Source: Utricularia gibba (Eukaryota > Plantae > Magnoliophyta). From it: 64,000 bases of DNA. The notes under the pieces were generated by a model. That model ran no database searches and was not told the DNA's origin. It was given only the letters and a program-made list of their open reading frames with translations. Position numbers and translations under genes: made by a program. Of this stretch, positions 62,610 through 64,000 are shown one piece after another. Each line of letters opens with the position of its first letter. The stretch's first letter is position 1. Where the stretch lies: contig NEEC01000002.1 in NCBI GenBank assembly GCA_002189035.1, positions 4,030,001 to 4,094,000 of the forward strand, in the 5' to 3' direction.

Positions 62610-64000
62610 TGTTAGTGTATGTGTTCTAGAGACAAACAACTAATTGGCAAATATTATCTTATGATATTTACTTTGAATTGTGATCAAATTTATATCATTG
62701 ATAAAATCCTCTACTTGATCTATGTGCTATATAAATTATGATGAGATCATAATGTGAGATTCTTCAAACACTCATGATCAAGTTAAAAACTCCCTAGCTA
62801 GAGTATTTGTGAAATGAGGATATCACAAATACGGATAAGCTGGCACACATTGAGTTTCCTAAATTGTTGAGGCAATGGTTCTCATAATTGATGTAATGAG
62901 ATTATTAGAACCTATGTGTGGGTGTCGATTAGAGAATCGATTCACTTGATGACTTATCTTCGAGATGCTACTATGGGAAGCTAACCAAGTGTCAGTAGCA
63001 AGATCTCAAATATAACAGCTGTGCAATTAAGCTTAGACTTGAGGTCAACAAAGTTATCTTGATCTTAATCTCACATTTTCGCTCATTACTAATGGAAGCC
63101 TAACCATGGCTTGCCTAGTATGGATGAGTAGGGATGTGACTCCTTAAGGTTGGAGATAGTTGATTGATCAATAAAGGATTCATCACTCATGTTAGCGATG
63201 AGATCATATCTCAAGTAATTGCATCAAAGCCTAACAGTAAGTCCTGGGCCCAGGGTAATGACACTCGAATTGTTTGAGTAGGTCATTGAGTATTAATGCT
63301 TGAATGCAATTATAAGTTCGATACATCAGAAAGACACACATCCATGTTCTAGTATCGAATGAGATACAAGTATGATAAAAGTTGTTCATTGCATGGTGGC
63401 TGATCATGGAAAGGCTCAATCAGTTCACCTGATTATTCTTACATCTTGGGATCATGATATGTTGCTAGACATCACTCATGATCGATAATGATGGATTTGA
63501 TTAATTAAGAGTTAATTAATAAATCCATTATTACGGCCTTGATTGAAGAAGCCTATAGGGTCACACACAATAGTGGAGTCACTCAACGATATAAAATAGA
63601 ATGACACAAATACATGAGATGTAATTGGTAAAGTGGATAAATTAAATTGAGAGTTATTTTGAGATTAATATTGATTAAACTCAAAATAAAAGATCATATA
63701 TAGATAAGATTTGGAACATATACATATCTCCGCAAGATAAGATCTTTACGGAGATATGATTTGATATATTTCCATATATCTATCAAAAGATTTAGATCTT
63801 GTGATATGCTCCAAAAGGTCTTCGTGCTCTCTGAGACTAATACACAAAGATGCGTTTTTCTCTACTAGCACCTGATAAATTCGACCAGCATTCAAGAGCC
63901 TTGAGAAGGTTATTGACGGAGTGCTCCATGTGTGGATACCATAGAAGCCGTCTCCTATTGGCGGTTGGTGAACAACGGAGTCATCTGAAAGGTATTTCAG
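62610..64000 (+). mobile_element. Angela-like Copia LTR running off the window end
   Basis: Starts TGTTAGTGTATGTGTTCTAGAGAC. About 96% identical to the 46075 LTR over the first ~295 bp (about 12 differences counted). Confidence 0.93.

Noticed and set aside
46696-63419. 62-aa ORF (MSLS.TSHHA...HYPGPRTY) kept at the same length in three Copia LTR copies
   Set aside because: It starts at TTG, is antisense to the LTR, and lacks even that start in the 38290 copy. High LTR identity is enough to explain it without selection.
46075-64000. The 46075 and 62610 LTRs as the two LTRs of one giant nested element
   Set aside because: The 62610 LTR is preceded by Athila ORF sequence (GAAGAAGTGGTAGC), not by Copia RNase H plus a proper PPT, and the Copia internal region already ends in an LTR piece at 50421-50920. 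Its right TSD is outside the window, so this cannot be fully excluded.

Overview
Flowering-plant nuclear DNA; the species cannot be identified from the sequence. The first ~25 kb is gene-rich, with five conserved genes: a stress-responsive A/B-barrel (Dabb, UP3-like) gene (+, single exon), a BET1-like SNARE (-), a VIT/VWA inter-alpha-trypsin-inhibitor-heavy-chain-like gene (-, 13 exons), DEAD-box RNA helicase RH17 (-, 10 coding exons) and the Hsp70 nucleotide-exchange factor FES1 (-, 6 coding exons). A decayed Mutator transposase and two solo LTRs lie between them. From ~25.4 kb to the end I find no host gene, only nested transposons: a PIF/Harbinger element split at a catalytic Asp codon by three nested LTRs, Athila-like and Tat-like Gypsy remnants, hAT fragments, and six LTRs of one Angela-like Copia family, one of which heads a deleted element with an open gag-PR-integrase frame. 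Three of the five host genes each need one extra base in a short G/C run to stay in frame, most likely long-read consensus errors. No tRNA, rRNA or CRISPR array was found. I found no clearly new biological system. The most unusual structures are a ~780-bp fold-back element built from two inverted LTR 3' halves, and repeated small stem-loops just behind the Copia PBS. All alignments, identities and family names are by eye and from remembered motifs; no database search was run.
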